Positions 27,486-37,486 of a DNA stretch of 64,000 nucleotides are shown piece after piece. The DNA is from an uncultured Spirochaetota bacterium (lineage in GTDB: Bacteria; Spirochaetota; Spirochaetia; SZUA-6; Fen-1364): contig CAWGAA010000001.1 in assembly GCA_963820525.1 (NCBI GenBank), positions 416,001 to 480,000 of the forward strand, in the 5' to 3' direction. Positions within the stretch are counted from its first letter, which is position 1. The number at the start of each line of letters is the position of its first letter. The position numbers and the translations under genes are program-made. The notes under the pieces are model-generated. The model saw nothing but the letters and a program-made list of their open reading frames with translations. It had not been told where the DNA came from and did not search any database.

Positions 27486-28329
27486 TCTCAAGCGATCTCT
27501 CGCACAGCGCCTCGGGGAGATCCTCATGCGTATGCCATGGGGGATAATCGATGTCGATGAGGATGCACGACGGTATCCCGCGCCTGAGAAACGGCCAGTG
27601 GTCGCAGATTATAGCTTTCAGCCTTCCCGGCTTGTCCCGCGTGAACGGCTCCGCCTCCATGGCGGCGCCGATGGAGAAAATTCGCCGCGTAAGCTCGCGT
27701 GACGGTTCGTGGTACAGAATATGGGCGTCGATATCGAGCACCATGTCCTTTCCGCCGATCATGTCGAGGATCACCGCCTCATCGATGGCGGGAACTCCGG
27801 CAAGCCCATGGGCGGCGAAGTGCTCGGCCCCCAGGGAGAATTGATTCCCGCTTATGTCGCCGAGGTCTTCTGCGTCGAAAAAGGCGACTGCCACGTCACG
27901 ATCGAGGGGTTCGCTTCCCAGACGCTGGAGCAGGTGAAGGAGAACAGCCGTGCCGGAGCCGCCGTCGTTGGCTCCGGGAATCGCCTGGCGCCGCCTGTCG
28001 GCGTCGCTCTCGCGGTCCGCGCGAGGCCGCGTGTCGAAATGGGCCCCCAGGAGGAGAGCCCCTCCCCGAGCCTCGTGCCCCGTGCCGGCCGGACCGCGAC
28101 GTGCGCGGAAGACTCCGACGACATTGGCGCACTCGACACTCGTGCCGTCGAATGATGCTGTGAAAGGCTGGAGGCATGCGTGATCCGCGGTCGCCGCGAG
28201 CCGCGTGCTGAGAATCTCGCGAAGCTCCTCGTTTGCCCGGCTTCCGGGGACCCGGGGGCCGAGGGCCGTCTGCATCCGCACGAGCTCCAGACGCTCAGCC
28301 CCGCGCGGCGGACCCGCAGGGTCATTCAA
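27439..28329 (-). CDS. M28 family metallopeptidase / glutaminyl cyclase-like, no signal peptide
   Basis: GAHFDTR, GANDGGSG, FFDAED, LDMIG, DHWPF, WHT motifs. Confidence 0.85.
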   Translation of the reverse strand: MNDPAGPPRGAERLELVRMQTALGPRVPGSRANEELREILSTRLAATADHACLQPFTASFDGTSVECANVVGVFRARRGPAGTGHEARGGALLLGAHFDTRPRADRESDADRRRQAIPGANDGGSGTAVLLHLLQRLGSEPLDRDVAVAFFDAEDLGDISGNQFSLGAEHFAAHGLAGVPAIDEAVILDMIGGKDMVLDIDAHILYHEPSRELTRRIFSIGAAMEAEPFTRDKPGRLKAIICDHWPFLRRGIPSCILIDIDYPPWHTHEDLPEALCERSLEITEEVLSIFLWPPRD

Positions 28330-29467
28330 GCTCGTAGTAGACCTCGCCGTCCCGCACCGTCAGGCTCACGCGCCTGCATGTCGCGTCGGAGAACGCCTCG
28401 AACGCGGCCTCCTCGAGGTGCCGGAGAAAAGAAGCCTCAAGCGCCCGGGCGCCCGTTTCCTTTTTCAGGCTCTCGGAGACCACCTTTTGCAGAACTTCTT
28501 CGCTCACGACGAGCTCCTTGCCCTCAAGGAGGAACTCGTTTCTATACTGGGAAAGAAGCCGGTCCCTGAGGATGGTGCCGAGCTGGTCCTTTGTCAGGGC
28601 ATGGAAGGGCACGATCCTCTTGAACCTGCCGATAATCTCCGGCAGGAAGCCGTAGTTCATGAAGTTTTTGGACAGCTCCATCTCTTCCTCGGAGTACGTA
28701 ACGGCGATCCGGTTCTGGTCTCCCGAGAGGGGATCCCGCCCGAACCCGATGTGCTCCTTGCCGTCGAGCTCGATGCTTCCCTTCAATCCGGAGAAGGCCC
28801 CGCACGCAATAAACCCGATGTCCTGGGTGGACATCACCGCCTTGGGAGCGTAATCGGAGTGGGTGTATTCGAGGGGGACCGGCATCTCGATGGATTCCAG
28901 CATCTTTAGAAGCTCGCGCTGGACCCCGAGCCCGGACACGTCCTTCGTCGTTCCCGCGCCCGAGAATACGGCATTGTTCTGGCCGGAAGCGAGCTTGTCG
29001 AACTCGTCGAGGCACACGACGCCGATGGCCGCCAGGGCGATGTTCATGTCCGCGGAGTACAACAGGCGGGTGAGGATCGAGTTCACGTCCTGGCCCACGT
29101 ACCCCGTCTCGGAAAAGCCGGTCATGTCCACGACCACGGTGGGAAGCCGCAGGATATCCCGAAAGAGGATCTCCACGAGATAGGTCTTGCCGCACCCCGT
29201 GGGCCCGACGAAAAGCATGTTGCTCTTCGGAGGAAGGGAATCGCGCTTGCCGGCCTGGATGTAGATCCTTCGCAGTCGCGCGATGTGGCGGTACGCGCCC
29301 AGAGAGATGGCCCGCACGGCCTTCTCCTGGCCCACGTACCCGCAGCTTCTCACATGCGTTTCGATCTCGCGAGGGAGGAGCATCGGGATGCTTCTCACGT
29401 AGAAGCCGATCTCCTGCTCGATGCGCTCCGGCCGGCCGCTTCTCTTCCCTTGAGTCAGTATATCCAG
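28322..29467 (-). CDS. ClpX-like AAA+ ATPase lacking the N-terminal zinc-binding domain; start uncertain (CTG 29467 or ATG 29383)
   Basis: YVGQEKA, GPTGCGKT, ETGYVG pore loop, LDEFDK, KDVSGLGVQ, IGF loop, TGARAL. Confidence 0.8.
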   Translation of the reverse strand: MDILTQGKRSGRPERIEQEIGFYVRSIPMLLPREIETHVRSCGYVGQEKAVRAISLGAYRHIARLRRIYIQAGKRDSLPPKSNMLFVGPTGCGKTYLVEILFRDILRLPTVVVDMTGFSETGYVGQDVNSILTRLLYSADMNIALAAIGVVCLDEFDKLASGQNNAVFSGAGTTKDVSGLGVQRELLKMLESIEMPVPLEYTHSDYAPKAVMSTQDIGFIACGAFSGLKGSIELDGKEHIGFGRDPLSGDQNRIAVTYSEEEMELSKNFMNYGFLPEIIGRFKRIVPFHALTKDQLGTILRDRLLSQYRNEFLLEGKELVVSEEVLQKVVSESLKKETGARALEASFLRHLEEAAFEAFSDATCRRVSLTVRDGEVYYELE

Positions 29468-29528
29468 TCCCTCCCCTTCTCTATTATAGTGTATCCGTAG
29501 TCGTCGGAATAAGACAAGAGAAGGATGC

Positions 29529-32006
29529 ATGAACCCCTACGCGCTGCCCGTCTACCTGCAGAGAGACAAGATCATCAAAGCCCTGGCCGACAACCAGGTG
29601 ATAATCGTAGAAAGCCCCACCGGCTCGGGCAAGACAACCCAGATCCCCCTGATCCTCCATGAGGCGGGCTACGCGAAAAAGGGGACCGTCGGAATCACCC
29701 AGCCCCGGAGGATCGCCGCCGTCTCCGTCTCCCAGTTCATTGCCCGCCAGATCGGTGAGAAGGTGCCGGGGACCGTGGGCTACAAGATGCGCTTCGAGGA
29801 CAAGACGCTTCCCTCGACGGCCATCAAGATCATGACGGACGGGATCCTCCTTCAAGAGATAAAGGGGGACAGGAACCTTTCTCGCTACTCCGTGATCATT
29901 GTCGACGAGGCCCACGAGCGCAGCCTGAACATCGACTTCATCCTCGGGCTCCTCAAGGGGGTGCTGGCCGCACGACCGGAGCTGCGGGTCATCGTCTCGT
30001 CGGCCACGATCAATGTGGAGGTCTTCTCCGAATACTTCGACGGGTGCCCGATCGTCAGCATCGACGCCCCCATGTTCCCCGTGGAGCTCGTCTACGATCC
30101 TCCCGAGGTGGAAGGCGACAGCGAGAGCATGCTGGACAGGATCGCCCAGATCGCGGCCCGGATCATGAAAAAAAACGCCCCCGGCGACATGCTCATCTTT
30201 CTCCAGGGCGAGCTCGCCATAAAAGACTGCGTGCAGAGGCTGCGCGAGATCGACCGCGAAGAAAAGCTTGAGATCCTGCCGTTGTACGCCCGGCTCTCCC
30301 ATGAGGAGCAGCAGCGGGTCTTCCTTGAGTTTGCGGGCAAGCGCAAGGTGATCGTATCCACCAACATCGCGGAAACCAGCGTCACCATAGATGGAGTCGT
30401 GTACGTCATCGATTCGGGCCTGGCGAAGATCAACTCGTACAATCCACGGACCTTCACCGAATCCCTCGTGGAGACGCCCGTTTCCAAGGCTTCCTGCAAC
30501 CAGCGGCGCGGCCGCGCGGGACGAACCGCGCCGGGGGTCTGCTACCGTCTCTACAGCCACAAGGACTACGAGTCGCGCCCCATGTACACCATGGAAGAAA
30601 TCCTTCGCACCGACCTCTCCGAGGTGGTGCTGCGCATGGCGGAGCTTGACATCAAGGAGTTCGAGTCCTTCGACTTTCTTTCCCCGCCGAGCCGCGAGGG
30701 CATCGTGGGGGCCATCGAGACCCTCCGCCTGCTCGAAGCCCTGGACGGCGAGAGGGACCTCACGTCCATCGGCAGGATGATGTGCCTCTTCCCCATCCTG
30801 CCCAAGCACGCGCGGATGATCGTGGAGGCGGTCCGCGTCTATCACGACGTGCTGGAAGAGGTGATCGTGGCGACGACGTTCCTCTCCGTGAACTCGCCGT
30901 TCCTCCTTCCCGCGGGCGAGGAGCTGGAGGCGCGCAAGGCCCACCACTCCTTCCGCGACCCTTTGGGAGACTTCGTCTCCTATCTCAGGATGTTCGAGGC
31001 CTTCAAAAAGACCGCGGATCGCCAGAGGTTCTGCGGCATCTATTATCTCGATCTGCGCGTCATGAACGAGATCGAGAGCATCACCCGCCAGCTCGAGGAG
31101 ATCGTGAGCGCCCTCGGAGTGCCGATCGCATCGGGAGGAAGTCCCGAGGATTACCTCTGCTGCGTGTCACGCGGCCTCATTCAGTTCGTCTGCACGCGCG
31201 CGGGAAAGAGCGTCTACAGGAGCCTCACGGCGGACCGGGTCCAGATCCACCCCAGCTCCCTCATGTTCCGCGAGAACCCGCCGTACATCGTGGCGGGAGA
31301 GATCGTTCGCACGACGCGGATGTACGCGCGCTCCGTCTCGCCCCTGAAGAAGCACATGCTTGCCAAGATCTCCCCCCTGCTGCACGAGAGCTTCGTGCGC
31401 GGGGTGCCCTACAGCAAGGAAAAGGAGGAGGCGAAGAAGCGCGACTTCACCAACCAGATAAATATCGGCGGTCTGGCGTTCCCCATCCGCCTCATGAAAG
31501 GGGGCAAAAAGACCGTGTTCATCGAATGGGAGGGTGTGAAGAAGATCTTGAGCGAGCTTTCCCCCGCAAGCCTCCATGGGTTGAAGAACCTGCGGGGCAC
31601 CATCCTCTGGGACGGCAGGGAGATATTCTCCGGCATGAAGCTCACGACGATTTTCAGCCTGGCCCCGCACATCCATCCCGAGCGGGGCGTTTGGGAGGAT
31701 TGGCCGGAGAAACGGACGTTCGATTTCAGCACGGAGGCGCGGGAGCTGGCCGGCTCCCTTCCCCGTCTCCTCGGCCTCTGCCCCATCAAGCAGGGCTCCA
31801 AGAAACTGGGGTTCCTCACCCTCTACACGGACTGGGGCGGAAGATACTGGTTTCGAGCCGAGAAGAGCCTCAACACGGCGCGCCTGGAGAGCCTCGCAAG
31901 CCTGGAGAACCTCGCGGACGAGCCGGGGCAGGGGCTGGACAACGAGAAGCGGGAAACCATTGCGAGATTGTATCGGGAAATCGACGCCGCGCTTGAGGAG
32001 GAATGA
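29529..32006 (+). CDS. hrpA: HrpA-type DEAH-box RNA helicase
   Basis: SPTGSGKTTQ, TQPRRIAA, DEAHER, SAT, STNIAETS, QRRGRAGR. Confidence 0.9.
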   Translation: MNPYALPVYLQRDKIIKALADNQVIIVESPTGSGKTTQIPLILHEAGYAKKGTVGITQPRRIAAVSVSQFIARQIGEKVPGTVGYKMRFEDKTLPSTAIKIMTDGILLQEIKGDRNLSRYSVIIVDEAHERSLNIDFILGLLKGVLAARPELRVIVSSATINVEVFSEYFDGCPIVSIDAPMFPVELVYDPPEVEGDSESMLDRIAQIAARIMKKNAPGDMLIFLQGELAIKDCVQRLREIDREEKLEILPLYARLSHEEQQRVFLEFAGKRKVIVSTNIAETSVTIDGVVYVIDSGLAKINSYNPRTFTESLVETPVSKASCNQRRGRAGRTAPGVCYRLYSHKDYESRPMYTMEEILRTDLSEVVLRMAELDIKEFESFDFLSPPSREGIVGAIETLRLLEALDGERDLTSIGRMMCLFPILPKHARMIVEAVRVYHDVLEEVIVATTFLSVNSPFLLPAGEELEARKAHHSFRDPLGDFVSYLRMFEAFKKTADRQRFCGIYYLDLRVMNEIESITRQLEEIVSALGVPIASGGSPEDYLCCVSRGLIQFVCTRAGKSVYRSLTADRVQIHPSSLMFRENPPYIVAGEIVRTTRMYARSVSPLKKHMLAKISPLLHESFVRGVPYSKEKEEAKKRDFTNQINIGGLAFPIRLMKGGKKTVFIEWEGVKKILSELSPASLHGLKNLRGTILWDGREIFSGMKLTTIFSLAPHIHPERGVWEDWPEKRTFDFSTEARELAGSLPRLLGLCPIKQGSKKLGFLTLYTDWGGRYWFRAEKSLNTARLESLASLENLADEPGQGLDNEKRETIARLYREIDAALEEE

Positions 32007-32115
32007 ACTCGCTCACCGGCGCGACGGCCGCGGCAGTCCCGTGAGCGCGGCTCTCCGCTGAGCCGCCTCACCTGCGACGCAACTCGGCTTCCGCAGGCCG
32101 AAGGCTCCGCGCGTT

Positions 32116-32751
32116 TCAGATCTCGGGCAGCGGTATGCCTTCCCTCGGCATCACCAGGATCTCCTCCGCGCCTTTTGCCGAGTACGTAATGACCCCGCGC
32201 TTGATCAATGCCCCAAGGAGAGATTCCACGTCCCTCTCCGTCATTCCCACATGCTCGGAGGCCCATTGCCCGAAATCCGCCACGTTCACCCTGCTGCCCT
32301 TGAAGGTGGAGACTCCCTTTTCCCTGGCGTATTCCATGAGGCCGGTCCACAGCTGGTTCAACCTGTTGGTGGACATCAGATGCTGGATGATCGCGTTGGA
32401 TTTGCGGATGCGCTCGGAGAGGATGCGGCTCATCTTGCGGGCGAAATCGGGGTTGGACCCGATCATGTTTTCGTAGAGCCTCTCGTTTATCCCCAGGAGC
32501 TTGGTCGGCTCGACCGCGACGGCGGTTGCCGAGCGGGGCTTCTTCTCGATGATCGCCATCTCGCCGAAGATGTCGCCTTTCCGGAGCCTGATCAGGGTCT
32601 TCGCCGACGAAGGGCCCGTGGCCTTCCTGATCTCCACGGAGCCCTGGATGATGATGAACATGTCGCTTCCCTGCTCGTTCTCGCGGAAGATCACCTGATC
32701 CGTCTCGAAGAAGCGGACGTAGTTCTCGAATGTGCTCTTGTCGATCTTCAT
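32116..32751 (-). CDS. Cyclic nucleotide-binding (Crp/Fnr-like) protein
   Basis: IFRENEQG, IIQGSVEI, FGEMAI..PRSATA cNMP cassette. Confidence 0.85.
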   Translation of the reverse strand: MKIDKSTFENYVRFFETDQVIFRENEQGSDMFIIIQGSVEIRKATGPSSAKTLIRLRKGDIFGEMAIIEKKPRSATAVAVEPTKLLGINERLYENMIGSNPDFARKMSRILSERIRKSNAIIQHLMSTNRLNQLWTGLMEYAREKGVSTFKGSRVNVADFGQWASEHVGMTERDVESLLGALIKRGVITYSAKGAEEILVMPREGIPLPEI

Positions 32752-33824
32752 CTGCCGTGATCGCTCCTTTTCACCTTTCTCGATTCCGGACCGCGAGCCG
32801 AAAGGACACGCGCAATCAGGTCTTCTTCGACTTCGACGATCTCCACGCTGCCGGCAGATCGGGGTACCGCGAGGCGGATGCGCCCCCTTCTGCGCTTCTT
32901 GTCCATGAGCATCGCGGCCGCGAGATCCCTCTGGTTTGCATCGGTATCAAGCCGATAGCCGTAACCCTCCAGCATTTCAACCACTCCTTCGGCGTACCCG
33001 CGTTCCGTCATGCCGAGGGCAATTCCCGCCTCCAGGGCCTTGGAGATTCCCCAGGCAACGGCCTCCCCGTGAGTCCAGCCGGCAAAGCCCATGCAACTCT
33101 CCAGGGCGTGAGCGAAGGTGTGGCCCAGGTTGAGGACCGCCCTCCCGCCTTCCTCTCTCATGTCGGCGGAGACGACCTCCCCCTTCACGGCGAGGCACCT
33201 CCTCACCACATCGGCAAGGAAAGCGGGATCCCGCGCCATGACCTCCGATCGTCTCCCCTCCAGAGCTTCCAGCAAAATCCGGTCCCCGATCATGGCGGTC
33301 TTGATTGCCTCGGCGAGCCCGGAAAGGTATTCCCTCTGCGGGAGGCTCGACAGGACCGCGGCGTATACGATGATTCGGGAGGCGGGATAAAAAGTCCCCA
33401 CGAGGTTCTTGTAGCCGGCGAAATCGATTCCGGTCTTTCCCCCCATGCTCGCGTCAACCATGGCAAGGAGGGTCGTCGGAACGAGCGTGAGGCCGCATCC
33501 CCGCATGTAGATCGAGGCCGCGAAAGCGGCGAGGTCCGATACCACTCCCCCGCCCACGGCGATTACCATGCCGTCCCGTCCCAGGCCGCGGTCCACCATG
33601 AAGGAGAGAATGGTCTGGGCGCTTTCCCATTTCTTCGCGGCCTCCCCGGCGGGAAGCACGACGGCGCTCGGGGCGCCGGCGCCGAAGAGGGCGTGCGTCG
33701 TGGCGTCGAACACCAAGATGCATCCCGCCGGGCACGAGGAGCCGAGTGCCGCACAATCGAGGGCATCGGGGAACGTGACCTCGGTGGAGAAACCGTCGAA
33801 ACGGAAGGAAAGCGGCTCCATCAT
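32748..33824 (-). CDS. aroB: 3-dehydroquinate synthase
   Basis: GGGVVSD, PTTLLAMVDASMGGKTG, KNLVGTF, LNLGHTFAHALE, HGEAVA. Confidence 0.93.
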   Translation of the reverse strand: MMEPLSFRFDGFSTEVTFPDALDCAALGSSCPAGCILVFDATTHALFGAGAPSAVVLPAGEAAKKWESAQTILSFMVDRGLGRDGMVIAVGGGVVSDLAAFAASIYMRGCGLTLVPTTLLAMVDASMGGKTGIDFAGYKNLVGTFYPASRIIVYAAVLSSLPQREYLSGLAEAIKTAMIGDRILLEALEGRRSEVMARDPAFLADVVRRCLAVKGEVVSADMREEGGRAVLNLGHTFAHALESCMGFAGWTHGEAVAWGISKALEAGIALGMTERGYAEGVVEMLEGYGYRLDTDANQRDLAAAMLMDKKRRRGRIRLAVPRSAGSVEIVEVEEDLIARVLSARGPESRKVKRSDHGR

Positions 33825-35152
33825 TCGACGATACCCCCCAGCCGCCTGAAATCGTCGATGAAATCGGGATAGGAAACCTGGGCAGCCTCGAATCCCTTTA
33901 CCCTCACCCCGGCAGGGATCCCCGCGCCTGCCACGGCCGCAGCCATCGCGATCCTGTGGTCTCCCATCGGATCCACCGTCCCCGCCCGCAGGACTTGCGG
34001 GCCTTCCACGGCGAAGCCTTCGTCCGAAATCTCGATTCTCCCGCCGAAGCTTTCCACGAGGCGGCCGATCATGGCCAGCCTGTCGCTCTCCTTGTACTTG
34101 AGCTCCGCGGCTCCCCGCACTTCGGTCCTGCCGCGGGCGAAGAGGCCGAGCACCGCCACCAGCGGAATCTCGTCGATGAGGTCCGGCACTTCCCCGCTCT
34201 CCACTGCGGCGGCCGAGAGCGGGGCCGGGGATGCGCGGATGCTTCCAATCGGCTCTCCCAGAGAGGATCGATCCTCGGCGACCTCGATCGATGCGCCCAT
34301 GCGGCGGAGCACTGAAAGAAATCCCAGGCGCGTGGGGTTGATCCCGCAGCCCGTAACCGTGATGGCGTGACCCGAGATGAGCGCGGCGGCAAGGAAAAAC
34401 GAGGCCGAGGAGATATCGCCGGGGACCTCGAAGGAGAAGGAGGGGAGTCGGGGCACCGGGGTCACTTCCAGCGTGCCGCGCTCCGCTTTGAGCGGGACGC
34501 CGAGGGCTGAAAGAAGCCTCTCGGTATGGTCCCGCGATGAGCCGGCTGCCTCCTGGATCCGCGTGGTTCCCTCCGCCCGCAAGGCGGCAAGCAGGATGGC
34601 GCTCTTTACCTGCGCGCTCGCTACGGGGAGGGCGTAGCTGATGGGAGAGAGGCTTCCGCCGCCGGGGAGAAAGCACAGGGGCGCAAGCTTCCCCCCCTCC
34701 CTGCCTTCGATGCGGGCCCCCATGCTGCGGAGGGGCTCCACCACTCTCGCCATGGGGCGTTGTCTGAGGGAGGAGTCTCCCGTCATCACGGCAAAAAGGG
34801 GAAGACCGGCAAGGAGGCCGGAGAGCAGGCGCATGCTGGTGCCCGAGTTTTCCGCGTCGAGCACCCCGGCGGGCTCGCGCAGGCCGCGCAGGCCGAGCCC
34901 CCGGATCGTGACTTCACGCGCACCACCGCCGGCGGACGGCCTTCCAGCGCCGCGGCCCCCCTCGCAGACTGCGCCGAGCGCCTCCATGCAGCGCCGCGTG
35001 GAGAGGCAATCCCCCGTCTCCAGAGGGTTTGAAACACGGCTCTCGCCGTCAGCGATCGCCGCGAGCATGAATGCCCTGTGCGTGAGGGATTTGTCGGCGG
35101 GCGGAACGATCTCGCCGCCGATGCCGCGCGGGGCACGAAACCGCATCTCCAT
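33821..35152 (-). CDS. aroA: 3-phosphoshikimate 1-carboxyvinyltransferase (class II EPSPS)
   Basis: DKSLTHR, NSGTSMRL, SAQVKSA, RDHTER, KESDR, DHRIAM. Confidence 0.95.
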   Translation of the reverse strand: MEMRFRAPRGIGGEIVPPADKSLTHRAFMLAAIADGESRVSNPLETGDCLSTRRCMEALGAVCEGGRGAGRPSAGGGAREVTIRGLGLRGLREPAGVLDAENSGTSMRLLSGLLAGLPLFAVMTGDSSLRQRPMARVVEPLRSMGARIEGREGGKLAPLCFLPGGGSLSPISYALPVASAQVKSAILLAALRAEGTTRIQEAAGSSRDHTERLLSALGVPLKAERGTLEVTPVPRLPSFSFEVPGDISSASFFLAAALISGHAITVTGCGINPTRLGFLSVLRRMGASIEVAEDRSSLGEPIGSIRASPAPLSAAAVESGEVPDLIDEIPLVAVLGLFARGRTEVRGAAELKYKESDRLAMIGRLVESFGGRIEISDEGFAVEGPQVLRAGTVDPMGDHRIAMAAAVAGAGIPAGVRVKGFEAAQVSYPDFIDDFRRLGGIVE

Positions 35153-35159
35153 GGAACCG

Positions 35160-35188
35160 AGCTTATGCAATGATGTATATCGTGTCAA
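35160..35188 (-). promoter_or_regulatory. sigma70 promoter of aroA-aroB-crp, predicted leaderless
   Basis: TTGACA-17-TAAGCT-7 nt-ATG(35152). Confidence 0.7.
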
Positions 35189-35259
35189 ATGTCAGGCGCG
35201 AAAGCGCGCGGCGGTGCACCGCGTGTTGGGCGGCGAGCGCCGGGTTGCGGGACTCCTCC

Positions 35260-35715
35260 TCACTCCCACTTCTGCAGCTCTATGATGTTTCCTTCAGGAT
35301 CGCGAGCGTAGACGAAGAGAATCGATCCCATCCCGCTGATCCGCGTGGAAACGATTGAGCCGACTCTGCTGCCGCCGTATTTTTCGATCTTTCGAAGGGC
35401 GCGATCGACATCCTTCACGGCGAATGCGATATGCGCCAGGCCCGGCCTGTTGACGGCAGATCGTGTTCCCCGTGTTTCCCGGGAGTATTGAAAAATCTCC
35501 AGCGTGGGGCCATCCGCGCCGTATCCGGGAAGACGAAGATGGATCCCCTCGATGTGGGCATCTTTCAATGCGGTGGCTTCATCGAGCCACCTGCCTTTCA
35601 AGTTCCGCTTCGGGGGCTTGCGCGTGCAGCCGAGGGCGGTGACGTAGAACTGCGCCAGAGGTTTCCAGGCCTTTGCAACGATGTTCGTGTGGACATATCT
35701 GGTTTCGTATTTCAT
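35260..35715 (-). CDS. VOC/glyoxalase family protein
   Basis: HTNIVA, LEIFQY, GLAHIAFAV, YARDPEGNIIEL. Confidence 0.9.
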   Translation of the reverse strand: MKYETRYVHTNIVAKAWKPLAQFYVTALGCTRKPPKRNLKGRWLDEATALKDAHIEGIHLRLPGYGADGPTLEIFQYSRETRGTRSAVNRPGLAHIAFAVKDVDRALRKIEKYGGSRVGSIVSTRISGMGSILFVYARDPEGNIIELQKWE

Positions 35716-35851
35716 TGAAGCTCGATCGGATGATACGACGCGACCCGTGAAAACGCAATTCCCTGCCCAAGGTGACCCAGGACTGCTGCGCGATCAATTG
35801 ACAGGGGAGCCTCGCGGGATCTACCCTCGCGGAGGGGTTTCCCCCACACGT

Positions 35852-36688
35852 ATGATAGACCTGCACACTCACTCGACGGCGTCCGACGGGACGTGTTCGC
35901 CGGGCGAGCTCATCGACCTCGCCGCCCAGCGAGGTATTTCCGCTCTCGCCCTGACCGACCACGACACCCTCTCCGGCCTTGAAGCCGCGCAGGACCGCGC
36001 ACGGACTGCCGGCATCCGATTCATCCCCGGCGTGGAGATCGAGATTGAAAGCCTCCGGGGGGAGTTCCATCTGCTCGGGCTGGGGCTTTCGGGGGACCGC
36101 AGCCGGCTCGCCGATGCGCTCCAGGAGGTCCGCCGGAGAAGGCACGAGAGGAACCTCGTGATGATCGGGAAGCTTCGAAACGCGGGATTCGACATCAGCC
36201 TGGAGGAGCTCTCCGCTGCGGCGGGGGGAGAGGTTGTCAGCCGAGCGCATTTCGCGCGCCTTCTCATGGCAAAGAAATACGTGAGCTCCATTGAGAAGGC
36301 CTTCAAGCGCTATCTTGGAAAAGGGCAGCCCTTCTACGAGGCCAGAAAATGCCTCTCTCTTTCCGAGGCGGTGTCCATCATACGCGGCGCCGGCGGCATT
36401 TCCGTCATCGCGCATCCGCTCTCACTCCAGATGCGGGGCCCGGCCTTGCGCCAGTTCCTCGAGCACTGCAGGGGGATAGGCGTGGCGGGGATCGAAGCGT
36501 ATCACCCCACTCATCCCCTCAAGGACGCGCGGCGGCTCGAGCGGCTGGGCCGGAGGCTGGATCTGCTCATCACGGGAGGCTCGGACTTCCATGGCAGCGC
36601 CATCCCCCAGCGCCGCCTCGGCTATGCGTCGGGAGGGCTTCCGATCCCCGATGCGCTTCTCGATGCGTTGCGCTTGGACCCGAGTTGA
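35852..36688 (+). CDS. PHP domain phosphoesterase (YciV/TrpH-like)
   Basis: DLHTHSTASDG, LTDHDT, GVEI, HLLG, AHP, GGSDFHG. Confidence 0.9.
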   Translation: MIDLHTHSTASDGTCSPGELIDLAAQRGISALALTDHDTLSGLEAAQDRARTAGIRFIPGVEIEIESLRGEFHLLGLGLSGDRSRLADALQEVRRRRHERNLVMIGKLRNAGFDISLEELSAAAGGEVVSRAHFARLLMAKKYVSSIEKAFKRYLGKGQPFYEARKCLSLSEAVSIIRGAGGISVIAHPLSLQMRGPALRQFLEHCRGIGVAGIEAYHPTHPLKDARRLERLGRRLDLLITGGSDFHGSAIPQRRLGYASGGLPIPDALLDALRLDPS

Positions 36689-36696
36689 ACTATACT
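36668..36696 (+). promoter_or_regulatory. sigma70 promoter of mla operon 2
   Basis: TTGCGC-17-TATACT, ATG 13 nt downstream, no SD. Confidence 0.6.
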
Positions 36697-36709
36697 GCCA
36701 GACACCACG

Positions 36710-37486
36710 ATGATCGCAGCGCTCGGCAAATGGGCCAATGAAAAGGCGCGGGATTTCTCATATGCCCTCGGCTTCTTTTTCCAGGTCCTCAAGGAGACGG
36801 TGTTCTTTGTCCGCCGTAAACAGGTCGCCTTCAAGGTCCTGGTCATGCAGATCCTCTTCACCGGCGTGGATGCTCTTGGCATCGTCGCCCTCGTGGCGCT
36901 GTCAATCGGGGCGGTCATCATCGTGGAGGGAAACACGATCCTCCCCCGCTTCGGCCAGACCAGCCTCCTGTACTCGATCCTCATCGTCGTGATCACCCGC
37001 GAGCTGGGTCCGATCCTGACGGCCTTCATCATCATCGCGCGGTCCGGAACCGCCATCACAACGGAGCTTGCCAACATGGTGGTGTCCCACGAGATCGAGG
37101 CCTATATCTCGGTCGGCATCAACCCCATCTCCTACCTCGTCGTGCCGCGTTTTCTCGGGGTCATCATCTCGGTGATGCTCCTCACCGTGTACTTCGACTT
37201 CTTCGGGCTGTTCGGCTCCTTCCTGGTGTCCCAGATCATCAGGCCGGTCCCCTTCCTGGAGTATTTCAGGTCCATCCTCGCCACCCTCCAGGTCAGGGAC
37301 GTAATCTCCACCTTCGTGAAGAGCTTCGTTTTCGGGGTCATCGTTTCGGTGGTGGCCACCTACCAGGGATTCCGCGTGCGCACATCGACAACCGAGATCC
37401 CGCCGGCCGCCATCCGGTCCGTGGGGCAGGGTTTCGTGCTCTGCTTCCTTGCCGATGCGGTCATCACCCTCATCTACTATGTCTGA
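36710..37486 (+). CDS. mlaE: MlaE family permease (second system)
   Basis: RELGPILTA, ARSGTAITTEL, GINPISYLVVPR. Confidence 0.9.
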   Translation: MIAALGKWANEKARDFSYALGFFFQVLKETVFFVRRKQVAFKVLVMQILFTGVDALGIVALVALSIGAVIIVEGNTILPRFGQTSLLYSILIVVITRELGPILTAFIIIARSGTAITTELANMVVSHEIEAYISVGINPISYLVVPRFLGVIISVMLLTVYFDFFGLFGSFLVSQIIRPVPFLEYFRSILATLQVRDVISTFVKSFVFGVIVSVVATYQGFRVRTSTTEIPPAAIRSVGQGFVLCFLADAVITLIYYV

